From an uncultured Gemmatimonadales bacterium (lineage in GTDB: Bacteria; Gemmatimonadota; Gemmatimonadetes; Gemmatimonadales; Gemmatimonadaceae), in the NCBI GenBank assembly GCA_963851265.1, contig CAWKNZ010000002.1:640001-704000 (forward strand): a DNA stretch of 64,000 nt, in the 5' to 3' direction. Numbering within the stretch: the first letter of the stretch is position 1; every line of letters begins with the position of its first letter. This document shows positions 23,834-37,559 of the stretch, one piece after another. Below the pieces are notes generated by a model. It was not told the DNA's origin. It was given only the letters and a program-made list of their open reading frames with translations, and did no database searches. Position numbers and translations under genes: made by a program.

Positions 23834-24165
23834 GCGATTCCGGAGGCGGCGGCGCGCGTGCGCCGGCGGTCCTCTAGCGGATCGGGCCTTGACTCGTATG
23901 TTGCGCGGCCACGTTCCTGCGTGCACGCCCTGGTGCGGGCGCGCGGCGTGTCCGCCTCACCACCTCGGCGTGCGCCAACGCGCGCTCGTGATCTCGCGTA
24001 GTGCAGTCCCGCGCGCGACCACGGCGCGGCGCTGCCTTGCGCGCCGTGGCACCGCTCTGGCGGTCTACATCGGCGGTCTAGGCTGGCGGACGTCCCGCGC
24101 GACCCGGACGGCCGCCACAGCTGCTTATTCGACGCACTGCGTTCTCAATACACGGAAACTTCACT

Positions 24166-25053
24166 ATGACCGACGTCAAGCGGAAGCGGCGCCGAGCGGC
24201 CCCGGCGGGCATCGCGCCGAGCGAGCCCGAACGGGACATCCTCGACCAGTACCTGTACGAGGTCAGCACGTACCCGCTTCTCAAGGGCGACGAGGAAATC
24301 CAGCTCGCCCGAAAGATCCGGGCGGGCGACCCGGACGCGTTGCAGGAGCTCGTGAAGCGCAACCTCCGCTTCGTCATCTCCGTCGCCAAGAAGTACCAGA
24401 ATCGCGGGCTGCCGCTCATCGACCTCATCGGGGAGGGCAACGTCGGGCTGCTCACGGCCGCCCGAAAGTTCGATCCCGATCAGGGCGTGAAGTTCATCTC
24501 GTACGCGGTGTGGTGGATCCGCCAGGCGATCCTCTCGTCGCTCGCGCGGCAGGGGCGTACGGTGCGCGTGCCGCTCAACCGTACGGCCGATCTCTCGCGC
24601 ATCATCAAGGCGTCCGAGATCCTGCGACAGAAGCTCCGCCGCGAGCCCTCACCCGAAGAGCTCTCGCAGCTCACGGGGCTCTCGGTCGACGTCGTGCAGT
24701 CGCTCGCCGCGCTCAACACGGGCGACGTCCGCCTCGACGCGCCGATGGACCCTGAGGGCGACCGCTCGCTCATCGAGCGCTTCGTCGCCGACGAGATGCC
24801 CGACACGGAGGAGGAAGCGATGAACCGCTTCCTCACCGACGAGATCGACGCGGCGCTCAACACGCTGCCGCCTCGTGATGCGAAGGTGCTGCGCCTCTAC
24901 TTCGGGCTCGAAGGGGGGCGCGAGCATACGCTCGAAGAGATCGGCTCGCTTCTCGGCGTCACGCGCGAGCGCGTGCGCCAGTTGCGCGACCGCGCGCTCA
25001 AGCGCCTTCGCGAAGGGGACGTCGGCCGGGCGCTCGGCTCTTTCGCGGCGTAA
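24166..25053 (+). CDS. RpoD/SigA-family sigma-70 factor lacking region 1.1
   Basis: Motifs NLRFVISVAKKY, DLIGEGNVGL, KFISYAVWWIRQAI and TLEEIG...VTRERVRQ. 295 aa. Confidence 0.93.
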   Translation: MTDVKRKRRRAAPAGIAPSEPERDILDQYLYEVSTYPLLKGDEEIQLARKIRAGDPDALQELVKRNLRFVISVAKKYQNRGLPLIDLIGEGNVGLLTAARKFDPDQGVKFISYAVWWIRQAILSSLARQGRTVRVPLNRTADLSRIIKASEILRQKLRREPSPEELSQLTGLSVDVVQSLAALNTGDVRLDAPMDPEGDRSLIERFVADEMPDTEEEAMNRFLTDEIDAALNTLPPRDAKVLRLYFGLEGGREHTLEEIGSLLGVTRERVRQLRDRALKRLREGDVGRALGSFAA

Positions 25054-25070
25054 GGCCGCGTTCGAGAGAG

Positions 25071-25096
25071 GACGCCCGGGCCACGGCCCGGGCGTC
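25071..25096 (+). terminator. GC-rich hairpin after the sigma gene
   Basis: gacgcccgggcc-ac-ggcccgggcgtc. No U-tract. Confidence 0.45.
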
Positions 25097-25233
25097 GCCG
25101 AGGGGGCGGGCGCTGCGGCGGGATCGCGCGGCGCCCGCCTCCTCGTGTCCGGTCGCCTCCTCGCGGCCCGACTACTACCCGTGCACGGGACCGCGCGATT
25201 AGTTCCGCGGGTCGCCCACCCTCGTCGCCGCGC

Positions 25234-26088
25234 ATGATCCAGCTCAAGAACGTCTACAAGGCCTTCGGCCCGAAGGAGATCCTGCGCGGGTTCACGCTCG
25301 ACGTGCCCGACAACGAGACGGTCGTGATCATCGGCTACTCGGGGACGGGCAAGAGCGTCGCGATCAAGCACATCGTCGGGCTGCTCCAGCCCGACCGTGG
25401 AGAGGTCTGGGTCGACGGCCAGCGCGTCGACACGCTGCAGCGCAAGCAGCTCTACGCGCTGCGCGCGAAGATCGGCTACGTGTTCCAGTTCGCCGCGCTG
25501 TTCGACTCGAGCACGATCGGCGAGAACGTGTCGATGGGACTGCGCAAGCAGGGCGGCCTGACCGAGGGCGAGATCCGTTCGCGCGTCGCAGAGGCGCTCG
25601 AGCTCGTGGACCTGCCGGGCGTCGAGAACCGATTTCCGGCCGAGCTGTCGGGCGGGATGCGCAAGCGCGTCGGGATCGCGCGCTCGATCGCGCTGCGGCC
25701 CAAGTACCTGCTCTACGACGAGCCGACAACCGGTCTCGATCCGGTGACGAGTGCCGTGATCGACCAGCTCATGGTGCGGATGCGCGAGAAACTCGGCGTC
25801 ACCGGCGTCGTGATCACGCACGACATGCGGAGTGCGTTCACCGTCGGCACCCGCATCGCGATGCTCTACGAGGGGCGCGTGCGGTGGCAGGGGACGATCG
25901 ACGAGATCCAGCACACCACCGACCCGGTCGTGCGGCAGTTCGTCGAGGGCAAGCCGACGCTCGACGCGGGCGACGCCGATCCCGACGCGCCGACGTCGGG
26001 GCCGACGGGCATTGGAGGGAAGGACGCGCTCGCGGACGTGGACGGCGCCGGGCAGGCCGACCGCGAAGCCGACCGGGCGGCCGCGTGA
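25234..26088 (+). CDS. ABC transporter ATP-binding protein, MlaF/Mkl type
   Basis: Motifs GYSGTGKS, FQFAALFDS, LSGGMRKRVGIAR, YDEPTTGLDP and VITHD. Confidence 0.9.
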   Translation: MIQLKNVYKAFGPKEILRGFTLDVPDNETVVIIGYSGTGKSVAIKHIVGLLQPDRGEVWVDGQRVDTLQRKQLYALRAKIGYVFQFAALFDSSTIGENVSMGLRKQGGLTEGEIRSRVAEALELVDLPGVENRFPAELSGGMRKRVGIARSIALRPKYLLYDEPTTGLDPVTSAVIDQLMVRMREKLGVTGVVITHDMRSAFTVGTRIAMLYEGRVRWQGTIDEIQHTTDPVVRQFVEGKPTLDAGDADPDAPTSGPTGIGGKDALADVDGAGQADREADRAAA

Positions 26089-26095
26089 ACGCGTC

Positions 26096-26758
26096 ATGAA
26101 CTGCGGCGACGCGCGCGAGGAGGTGTCGGCCGGCGGCATCGTGTTCCGGTACGAGCGGACCGACGCCGGCGCGCTCCGCCCGGTATTTCTGCTGATCCGC
26201 GACAGCTACCGGAACTGGGGTTTCCCGAAGGGGCACCTCGAGGCGGGGGAGGGCCCGCAATGCGCGGCGGTGCGCGAGGTGGCGGAAGAGACCGGGCTCG
26301 ACGGCCTCGTCGTCCACGGCGCGATCGCGACGATCGACTGGTACTTCCGCTTCCGCGGCCGGCTCGTGCACAAGGTGTGTCACTTCTTCCTCATGCGCAC
26401 CGACTGCGCGGCGACGTGTCCGCAGCGCGACGAGGGGATCACCGCCTGCCGTTGGGCGCCGTACGAGGAAGCAATCACGCTCGTGAGCTACGCGAACGCG
26501 CGGCTGGTGCTCGAGCGCGCGCACGCGATGGTGCAGGCCGCGGCCGTCGAGGCCGAAGCCCGTGCCGTCGAGTGCGCGCGTGCGCGAGGCGCCCCGCGAC
26601 ACGGCCCGAGATTCCGGGCGCGACTTGCTGTCCGGCGTTGTATCTCCGATGCGCTTGTGATTATTTTCACAAGCTCGCGGCGCGTGTTCGACGGCGCCTC
26701 GCGACGGCCCAATCACACCGCGGCGTCCGGCAATCCGGACCCCGTCAACACTACCTGA
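26096..26758 (+). CDS. NUDIX hydrolase
   Basis: Nudix box GHLEAGE...AAVREVAEETGL, plus SAGGIV and WGFPKG. The last ~60 aa look non-protein-like. Confidence 0.85.
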   Translation: MNCGDAREEVSAGGIVFRYERTDAGALRPVFLLIRDSYRNWGFPKGHLEAGEGPQCAAVREVAEETGLDGLVVHGAIATIDWYFRFRGRLVHKVCHFFLMRTDCAATCPQRDEGITACRWAPYEEAITLVSYANARLVLERAHAMVQAAAVEAEARAVECARARGAPRHGPRFRARLAVRRCISDALVIIFTSSRRVFDGASRRPNHTAASGNPDPVNTT

Positions 26759-26788
26759 CGCCCCCCACGGGGCTCTTCGCGCGACGTC

Positions 26789-30821
<4,033 letters not shown>

Positions 30822-30825
30822 CGCC

Positions 30826-31083
30826 GTGTTGCGCGTGTCGGTGATTTCCCCGGAGCGGGTGCTGTTCGAGGGCGAGGTACGCGGGCTCGTCGCCCCGGCG
30901 TTCGACGGCGAGGTCGGGATCCTCACCGGGCACGCGCCGATGATGACGCTGCTCGGGCGCGGCGACCTGCGGCTGAGCGGCGCGACCGGCGACGGTCCGC
31001 AGCGATTTCGCATCGAAGGCGGGTTCCTGCAGGTCGTCGACGATCAGGTGCGCATCGTGACGGAGCGCGCCGAAGCGATCTGA
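30826..31083 (+). CDS. atpC: F0F1 ATP synthase subunit epsilon (short form, 85 aa)
   Basis: Motifs VISPE, GEVGILTGHAP and EGGFLQV. Ends without the C-terminal helical hairpin. Confidence 0.92.
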   Translation: MLRVSVISPERVLFEGEVRGLVAPAFDGEVGILTGHAPMMTLLGRGDLRLSGATGDGPQRFRIEGGFLQVVDDQVRIVTERAEAI

Positions 31084-31134
31084 TCCACATCTGATCAGCG
31101 TGCGGCGCGGCAGAACCGCCGCGGCTGCATAGTC

Positions 31135-31177
31135 ATCCGAAAAGGCCGAGCGCTCGAGCGCTCGGCCTTTTTCGGAT
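31135..31177. terminator. Palindromic (bidirectional-type) terminator after atpC
   Basis: aaaaggccgagcgctcgagcgctcggcctttt (31140-31171) is a perfect palindrome with A and T tracts at its ends. Confidence 0.8.
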
Positions 31178-31414
31178 CTGTACGAATCCGCGCGGAACAA
31201 ACATGCGGATCGGGGGTGACGCGTCTCGCACCGTCGAGGTCTCCCGCCTACAGGGTGCCTCGGCCGTATGGGAACGTACGGCCGAGGTCGCCCTGTCCGG
31301 GCATCGTCCCGGCCCGCCTGCGATACGACCGGACTCGGAGTATGCAGTCTCCGTGCATGGTCATGCTGTCGCACCACGAAGCACCCTTCCCACAGGTGCA
31401 CGGAGGATGAACGG

Positions 31415-34400
31415 ATGACGCGCAGGGCAACGCGGTTCATCGCGACCACGATCGGACTGGCGCCCGCGGCGCTGGTCGCGCAGACGACGACGGGGAGCAT
31501 CTCGGGGCGTGTGACCGATCGGTCGAACGGGCTACCGGTCCCGTCGGCCCAGGTCCAGCTCGTCGGAACGCAGCGCGGGTCGGCGACCAACGAGAACGGG
31601 ACGTTCCGAATTGCCGGGGTGGCAGCTGGGTCGTACCAGCTGCGCATCATCCGGATCGGGTACGTGGCGCAGACCGTGGCGGTCCAGATCGGCGCCGGCC
31701 AGGCGAACGCGCAGGTGTCGGTCGCGCTCGCGACGTCGAACGTGAGCCTCGAGCAGGTGGTGGTCACGGCGACCGGGCCGCAGTCGCGGCGGCAGTTCGC
31801 GAACGTGGTCGCTCAGGTGCAGGCCGACTCGGTGCTGCGCACGGCGCCGGCGACGAACGTGAACGAGTTGCTGCAGGCGCGCACCCCGGGGGTGCAGGTC
31901 ATCCAGGGGTTCGGGCAGACTGGCTCGTCGTCGTCGATCCGCATCCGCGGCACGAGCTCGCTATCGCTCAGCAACGAGCCGCTCATCATCGTCGACGGCG
32001 TCCGGTACAACAACGACCCCGTGACCGCGCCGAATCTGACGAGCGGCGTGACGACGACCCGCGTCAACCGCTTCCAGGTCGACCCGGAGGAGATCGCGTC
32101 GCTCGACATCGTCAAGGGCCCGTCGGCGGCGGCGCTCTACGGCACGGCCGCCGCGAACGGCGTGATCATCATCCAGACGAAACGCGGCATCGCCGGGCGC
32201 ACGCGCTGGACGGGAATCGGCGAGATCGGCTCGGTCGTGCAGCCGTCGAGCTTCGAGCCGAACTGGTGGTCGTTCGGGCACAACGTGACCAACGGTGTCG
32301 CGGGTACCAGGGTCGTGCACTGCCTCAACAGCCAGCGCGCGCTCGGCCAGTGCACCGTCGACAGCGTCACGTCGTACAACCCGTATACGGCGGCGCCGAC
32401 CGACCCGTACGCGAATGGCGGGCGCGGCACGGGCGCCATTCAGGCGTCGGGCGGGAGCAACAACCTCACGTACTTCGTGTCGGGCGAGCGGCAGCAGGAG
32501 ACCGGGCCGTACCACATGCCCGACTTCGAACAGCAGCGGCTCTCGACGCTCGGACAGCAGCTGACGAACACGCAGATCCGCCCCAACCAGCTCGCGATCA
32601 ACGCGATCCGCGGCAACTTCGGGCTGACCCTGGCGCCCAACGCGACGCTGACCGTGAGCACCGGCTACCAGGGGCGTTCGCTCTACACGCCGTTCTCGGG
32701 CGGGTACTTCGCGGGGATGCAGTTCCAGTTCATGACCGCGCCGGGCTACCGGACGCCCACGAACGGAACGCAGCGCGAGTTCGTCGGCGACATCTTCTCG
32801 GTCGAGCAGCGCCTGCAGGACGACCGCCTGACGGGGAGCGCCGCGCTCAACTGGACGCCGGTGAGCTGGATCGACGCGCGCGCGACGGTCGGCATCGACG
32901 CGACGTCGTCGTACAACTACCGCCTGCAGATTCCGGGGCAGGGCACGCACAACGGGTCGGCCTGGGGTCCCACCGCCTCGCAGGGGTACTCGGGGAAGGA
33001 CGCGCAGCGCGCGAACACGAACGTGTATTCGGTGGACCTCAGCGCGACGGCGACGCGCAGCCTGACGCGCGACCTCCGCTCCCGCACCACCGTCGGCGGG
33101 CGCTGGTACCGCACCGGGTTCTACGACTCGGAGCTCTCGGGCTACGGCCTGCCGCCGGGATCGACGGAGCCTAACGCGGCGGCGCAGCGGCTGTCGTGGG
33201 AGTCGGTGGTCGAGAACGCGCAGTACGGCGTGCTCCTCCAGGAGGACCTCCAGTTCCGCGACCGCCTCTTCCTGAGCCTCGGCATCGGTCAGGACCACAA
33301 CAGCGCGTTCGGCCGGTCCGTCGGGAACACGACGTACCCGCGCGGCGGCATCTCATACGTGATCTCGGACGAGCCGTGGTTCCCGCGCATCGCGGGCCTG
33401 AGTCGGCTGCGGCTGCGCACGGCGGTCGGGAAGTCGGGCGTGCAGCCCGGCACGGTGGCCGCGCTGCAGTACTACCAGTCGCAGACGTATCCGATCTTCG
33501 GCGTCGAGCAGCCGGGACTTCGGTTCCAGGCGCTGGGCAATACGAACCTCAAGCCCGAGGTCACGACGGAGGTCGAGGGGGGCGCTGACATCGGCTTCCT
33601 GCGCGACCGGGTCACGGTCGAAGCGACGTTCTTCAACAAGCTGAGCCGGGACGCGCTGTACGCGCTCCCGCTCGCGCCGTCGCTTGGCGTGGCCGCCGGG
33701 ACGCAGTTCTACAACCTCGGCAAGGTGAAGAACGCCGGGCAGGAGCTCGCGGTCGACGCGCTCGTGCTGCAGTCGGTTCCGCTCACGTGGAACCTCCGGG
33801 TGAACGGCTCGCACATCAAGAACAAGCTCGTCAGCGCGGGCAACGTGGTGCTGCCGACGCCGCAGGGCGCGCGCATCGCGGTCGGATATCCGCTGTTCGG
33901 CCTCTGGGACAAGCCGTACACGTATAGTGACGCGAACAAGGACGGCCTCATCGTGCCGTCGGAGATCACCGCCAGCTCGACCGACGCGTTCCGCGGCTCG
34001 ACGCTGCCGGAATACGAGGCCGGCGTGAACAACGTGTTCGGCTTCTTCAACAACCGGCTGCGCGTGTCGACGCTGTTCGACTACCGCGGGAATTTCTGGA
34101 ACCAGTGGGGCTACCAGTACCAGCGTTGCGGCAGCTCGCTGAACTGCCAGGCGATCAACGACCCGAAGGCACCGGTCGCCGATCAGGCGGCGGCGGTGGC
34201 GTCGACGACGGGCTCGTTGTACAACACGCGGTGGGGCTACTTCGTCCGCAACGACTTCATCCGCCTGCGCGAGCTGTCGTTCTCGTACGAGCTCTCGGAC
34301 CGTCTGACGCGGCGCTACCTGCGCGGCCGCTCGCTCTCGGTCGCGCTGAGCGGGCGCAACCTCGGCGTGCTGTGGACCAAGTACCCGGGGCTCGATCCGG

Positions 34401-34501
34401 AGGCGAACTCCTCGGTGGCCAACACGGGCGGCGGCAACAACGACTTCTACGCCGAGCCGGCGCTGCGCTACTGGGTCGCGAAGTTCAACCTGGGCTTCTG
34501 A
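31415..34501 (+). CDS. SusC/RagA-family TonB-dependent receptor (pair 1)
   Basis: Signal peptide, N-terminal carboxypeptidase-regulatory-like domain, plug signature IVKGPSAAALYGTAAANGVIIIQTKRG and C-terminal Phe. RBS GGAGG before ATG 31415. Confidence 0.92.
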   Translation: MTRRATRFIATTIGLAPAALVAQTTTGSISGRVTDRSNGLPVPSAQVQLVGTQRGSATNENGTFRIAGVAAGSYQLRIIRIGYVAQTVAVQIGAGQANAQVSVALATSNVSLEQVVVTATGPQSRRQFANVVAQVQADSVLRTAPATNVNELLQARTPGVQVIQGFGQTGSSSSIRIRGTSSLSLSNEPLIIVDGVRYNNDPVTAPNLTSGVTTTRVNRFQVDPEEIASLDIVKGPSAAALYGTAAANGVIIIQTKRGIAGRTRWTGIGEIGSVVQPSSFEPNWWSFGHNVTNGVAGTRVVHCLNSQRALGQCTVDSVTSYNPYTAAPTDPYANGGRGTGAIQASGGSNNLTYFVSGERQQETGPYHMPDFEQQRLSTLGQQLTNTQIRPNQLAINAIRGNFGLTLAPNATLTVSTGYQGRSLYTPFSGGYFAGMQFQFMTAPGYRTPTNGTQREFVGDIFSVEQRLQDDRLTGSAALNWTPVSWIDARATVGIDATSSYNYRLQIPGQGTHNGSAWGPTASQGYSGKDAQRANTNVYSVDLSATATRSLTRDLRSRTTVGGRWYRTGFYDSELSGYGLPPGSTEPNAAAQRLSWESVVENAQYGVLLQEDLQFRDRLFLSLGIGQDHNSAFGRSVGNTTYPRGGISYVISDEPWFPRIAGLSRLRLRTAVGKSGVQPGTVAALQYYQSQTYPIFGVEQPGLRFQALGNTNLKPEVTTEVEGGADIGFLRDRVTVEATFFNKLSRDALYALPLAPSLGVAAGTQFYNLGKVKNAGQELAVDALVLQSVPLTWNLRVNGSHIKNKLVSAGNVVLPTPQGARIAVGYPLFGLWDKPYTYSDANKDGLIVPSEITASSTDAFRGSTLPEYEAGVNNVFGFFNNRLRVSTLFDYRGNFWNQWGYQYQRCGSSLNCQAINDPKAPVADQAAAVASTTGSLYNTRWGYFVRNDFIRLRELSFSYELSDRLTRRYLRGRSLSVALSGRNLGVLWTKYPGLDPEANSSVANTGGGNNDFYAEPALRYWVAKFNLGF

Positions 34502-34535
34502 GGCACCCGCCGTGGCTTCCCCCGAGACCTCTCCG

Positions 34536-35909
34536 ATGCCGACCACTTCCCCTCACGCCCGCGGGCTGCGCCTAACGATCGCCCTCGCCTCCCTCGCCGG
34601 CGCGGCCTGCAACCGCGACAAGCTGCTCGAGGTGCAGACGCCCGACATCATCACGACGTCGTCCGCCGGGTCGGTGAGCGGCGCGCAGGCGGTGCGTGCC
34701 GCCGCGGTCGGCAACTTCCTCTGGCTGTACGCCGGCGACAACAACGGCTCGTCCCCCCTCGGGATGAACCTCGCCACGGGCATGTTCGCCGACGAGATCT
34801 TCTCCGCGCGGAGCGGCACCGAGCATTGGGACCAGCGCGCGATCAATTCCACGCTCCTGCCGTCGAGCACGTGGAATCAGGTCGGCAACACGCACACGCA
34901 GCTGATCCGCGCCATCAAGGCGATCAACCAATACCCGCCTGCGGGGACGACGAAGGGCACGCAGTTGGGCGAGTTGTACACGTACCGCGGCTACACGTAC
35001 CTGCTGACGGCCGAGGCGTACTGTAACGGCGTCCCGTTCACGAACGGCGACGACGCCAACCCGACGTACACGGTGCTCTCGAACGCGGACCTGTACACCC
35101 GCGCACTCGCCGTCTTCGACAGCGCGGCGCAGAACCTCGCGACGGACACCACGGCGGCGAACGCCGCGCAGATCGCGTCGCTGAGCCGGACGATCGCCGT
35201 CGGTCGTGGGCGGGTGCTCCTCAACATGGTGCGCGACAGCACCGACGTGGCGGGGTTCCAGGCGGCCGCGGCCGCCGTCACGGCCGTGCCGACGACGTTC
35301 TCGTTCAACCTGACCTACTCGTCGCTCACGGCGAGCATCGTGAACGTGGTCTACGACTGGATGGTCGCGACGCGCAACTTCGGCGCGTCCGACAAGGAGG
35401 GAGGAAACGGGCTCGACTTCCTCAGCTCGAAGGACCCCCGGATCAAGGTCGACCCGACCAAGACCGCGCCGGGGCAGGACGGGAATCCGACGCCCACGCT
35501 CCTCTTCAACAACACGACGAACTTCCCGGTACCGCTCGCGACCGGGACCGAGGCGCGGCTGATCGAGGCCGAAGCGAAGCTCGCGTCGGGCGACGCTGCC
35601 GGGTGGCTGGCGGCGCTCAACACGCTGCGGACGGGGACGACGGGACTCGCGCCGCTCGCCGATCCGGGGACGGCGGCCGCGCGGAACAGCCTCATGTTCC
35701 GCGAGCGCGCCTTCTGGATGTACATGACGTCGCACCGGCTGGGCGATCTGCGCCGCCTCGTGCGCCAGTACGGGCGCAACTCGGAGACGGTCTACCCGAC
35801 GGGCGCGTACTTCAAGGGTGGCGTGTACGGCACGGACGTGAACCTGGTGCCGTCGCAGGCCGAGCAGAACAACCCGAGCTGGAAGGCGTGCACCGATCGT
35901 AAGGCGTGA
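34536..35909 (+). CDS. SusD/RagB-family lipoprotein (pair 1)
   Basis: Lipobox LAGAAC, plus EARLIEAEA and FRERAFW...HRLGDLRR. Confidence 0.88.
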   Translation: MPTTSPHARGLRLTIALASLAGAACNRDKLLEVQTPDIITTSSAGSVSGAQAVRAAAVGNFLWLYAGDNNGSSPLGMNLATGMFADEIFSARSGTEHWDQRAINSTLLPSSTWNQVGNTHTQLIRAIKAINQYPPAGTTKGTQLGELYTYRGYTYLLTAEAYCNGVPFTNGDDANPTYTVLSNADLYTRALAVFDSAAQNLATDTTAANAAQIASLSRTIAVGRGRVLLNMVRDSTDVAGFQAAAAAVTAVPTTFSFNLTYSSLTASIVNVVYDWMVATRNFGASDKEGGNGLDFLSSKDPRIKVDPTKTAPGQDGNPTPTLLFNNTTNFPVPLATGTEARLIEAEAKLASGDAAGWLAALNTLRTGTTGLAPLADPGTAAARNSLMFRERAFWMYMTSHRLGDLRRLVRQYGRNSETVYPTGAYFKGGVYGTDVNLVPSQAEQNNPSWKACTDRKA

Positions 35910-35986
35910 GTCGTCGGGGGCGGCGGGAGGGGCGCGCGGCCGCTCTCGCCCGCCCGACGTCGCTCGGACAGCGGTGACTGGCATCG

Positions 35987-36031
35987 AACGAGACGGCGGG
36001 GCGGCCAGTACTGGCCGCCCCGCCGTTTTCG
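35987..36031. terminator. Palindromic terminator between convergent susD genes
   Basis: acggcggggcggccagtactggccgccccgccgt (35993-36026) is a perfect palindrome followed by TTT. Confidence 0.75.
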
Positions 36032-36052
36032 TCAGCCTGCGACCGCGTTACG

Positions 36053-37544
36053 TCACGGGGTCGTCGTCGAGCAGGCCGCCGGGTTGAAGTTCGGGTTGTT
36101 CTGCTCCGTCTGGGGCAGCGGGAACGCGACGTCGTTGCCGTACGTGCCGCCGCGGAAGAACGGCCCGCTCGGGAACACGGCGTTCGTGGCGAAGCCGTAC
36201 GGCGCGCGCGCGAGCCGGCGCAGGTCGCCCTGCCGGTGCCCGGTGTTGAACAGCCAGTAGGCGCGCTCGGCGAACAGCGTCTGCTGCGCCGCGGTTTGCG
36301 TCGCGATCGACGTGGCCGCGAGCGGCGCGAGCGTGGCCGTGAACACCTGCTTCTGCCCCGGATAGAGCTTGGCGATGAGCGTCGCCGCGTTCGCGCGCAA
36401 AGCGTTCAGCGTATCGAGCATCGGGCCGTACTGCGCCGTCTGGTACAGCGCCTCCGCGGCGATCAGCCGCGCCTCAACGCCCGACGCGAGCGGCACCGCC
36501 GAGGCGAAGGTCGGATAGTTGTCGTTGAGGAAGCAGTTGATCGACGACGTGAAGCACTTGCTGGTCTTCACCTCGTACGGGATCCGGGGATCGTTGATCG
36601 CCCGGAACGGCAGGCCGGCCGCCGTCGCGTTGGTCAGGACCGGCGCGGTCGCGTCGGGGCGGAGTGCCGTCGTCGCGCCGGCCGACGTCGTCGTCGTCCC
36701 GCCCTCGAGGTTCGAGATGCCGTAGCGCCCGTTCTGCTGGAGCGACGCCACCGGGTTGTACTCGTTGGCCGAGTTCGACGAATGCTCGAGCAGGTAGACG
36801 TAGGTCATCGGCACCGTACTCGCGGCGGCCGCGGCCTCGGCGAACCGACCCTCGTTCAGCAGCGCGCGCGCCTTACCGATCTTCGCGAGGTTCGCGGCCG
36901 GGCCGTACTTCAGCGCGTCGTTGAAGCGCGCGATCGCCGTGTCGTTCATCGCGGTCGTACCGATCGGCGTGCCGTAGGCGAGGTTGTTCGGGTCGATCGT
37001 GCCGCTGTCCGGGAGCGCGGTGAACGGGATCGACCCACACCAGCCTTCGCTGAGGGTCACGTATACGTACCCCTCGACCGCGCGCATCTGCGCCAACGTC
37101 GCCGAATCGGCGGTCGCCGTCGCAGGCGTCGTAAAGCGCTGCACCTGGACGAACGCTCGCCGGGCCTGCACGCGCGCGTTCTGCAGGAAGTTGAACGCCG
37201 CGTCGGACACGTTGCCGAGTGCGGGCGGCTGGAGGTTGCGGCTGTCGGCCGCGTTGCGCGTCGTGAACGTGTCGCCGTAGTAGAACTCGTCGGTGATGAC
37301 GGCCGACGAGGTCAGGAACGCGTCGCCGCCGAAACCGCTATATCCGCCGCGGAACTGGAAAATCGCGCCCTGAACGAGCGCCGGCGTGGCACCGGCGTTG
37401 TTGACGGCCGTCGGCGACAGGCTGTTTGGATCGGTGACGGCTACCGCCTGATCGGTGTTGCAGCCCGGCGACGGCGACCGCGAGTCCGGCGAGCGCGAGG
37501 CCAGGGAGCGCGCGGGTGCGCGCCCCTCGAAAGTTGCCATGCAT
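36053..37544 (-). CDS. SusD/RagB-family lipoprotein (pair 2), with an apparent +1 frameshift at the lipobox
   Basis: Signal peptide MHGNFRGARTRALPGLALAGLAVAVAG (ATG 37544) is out of frame with CNTDQ...ERAYWLF..GHRQGDLRR. Removing one base of the 3-base run at 37464-37466 restores VAGC. Confidence 0.82.
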
Positions 37545-37559
37545 GAGGATGGTCACCGC

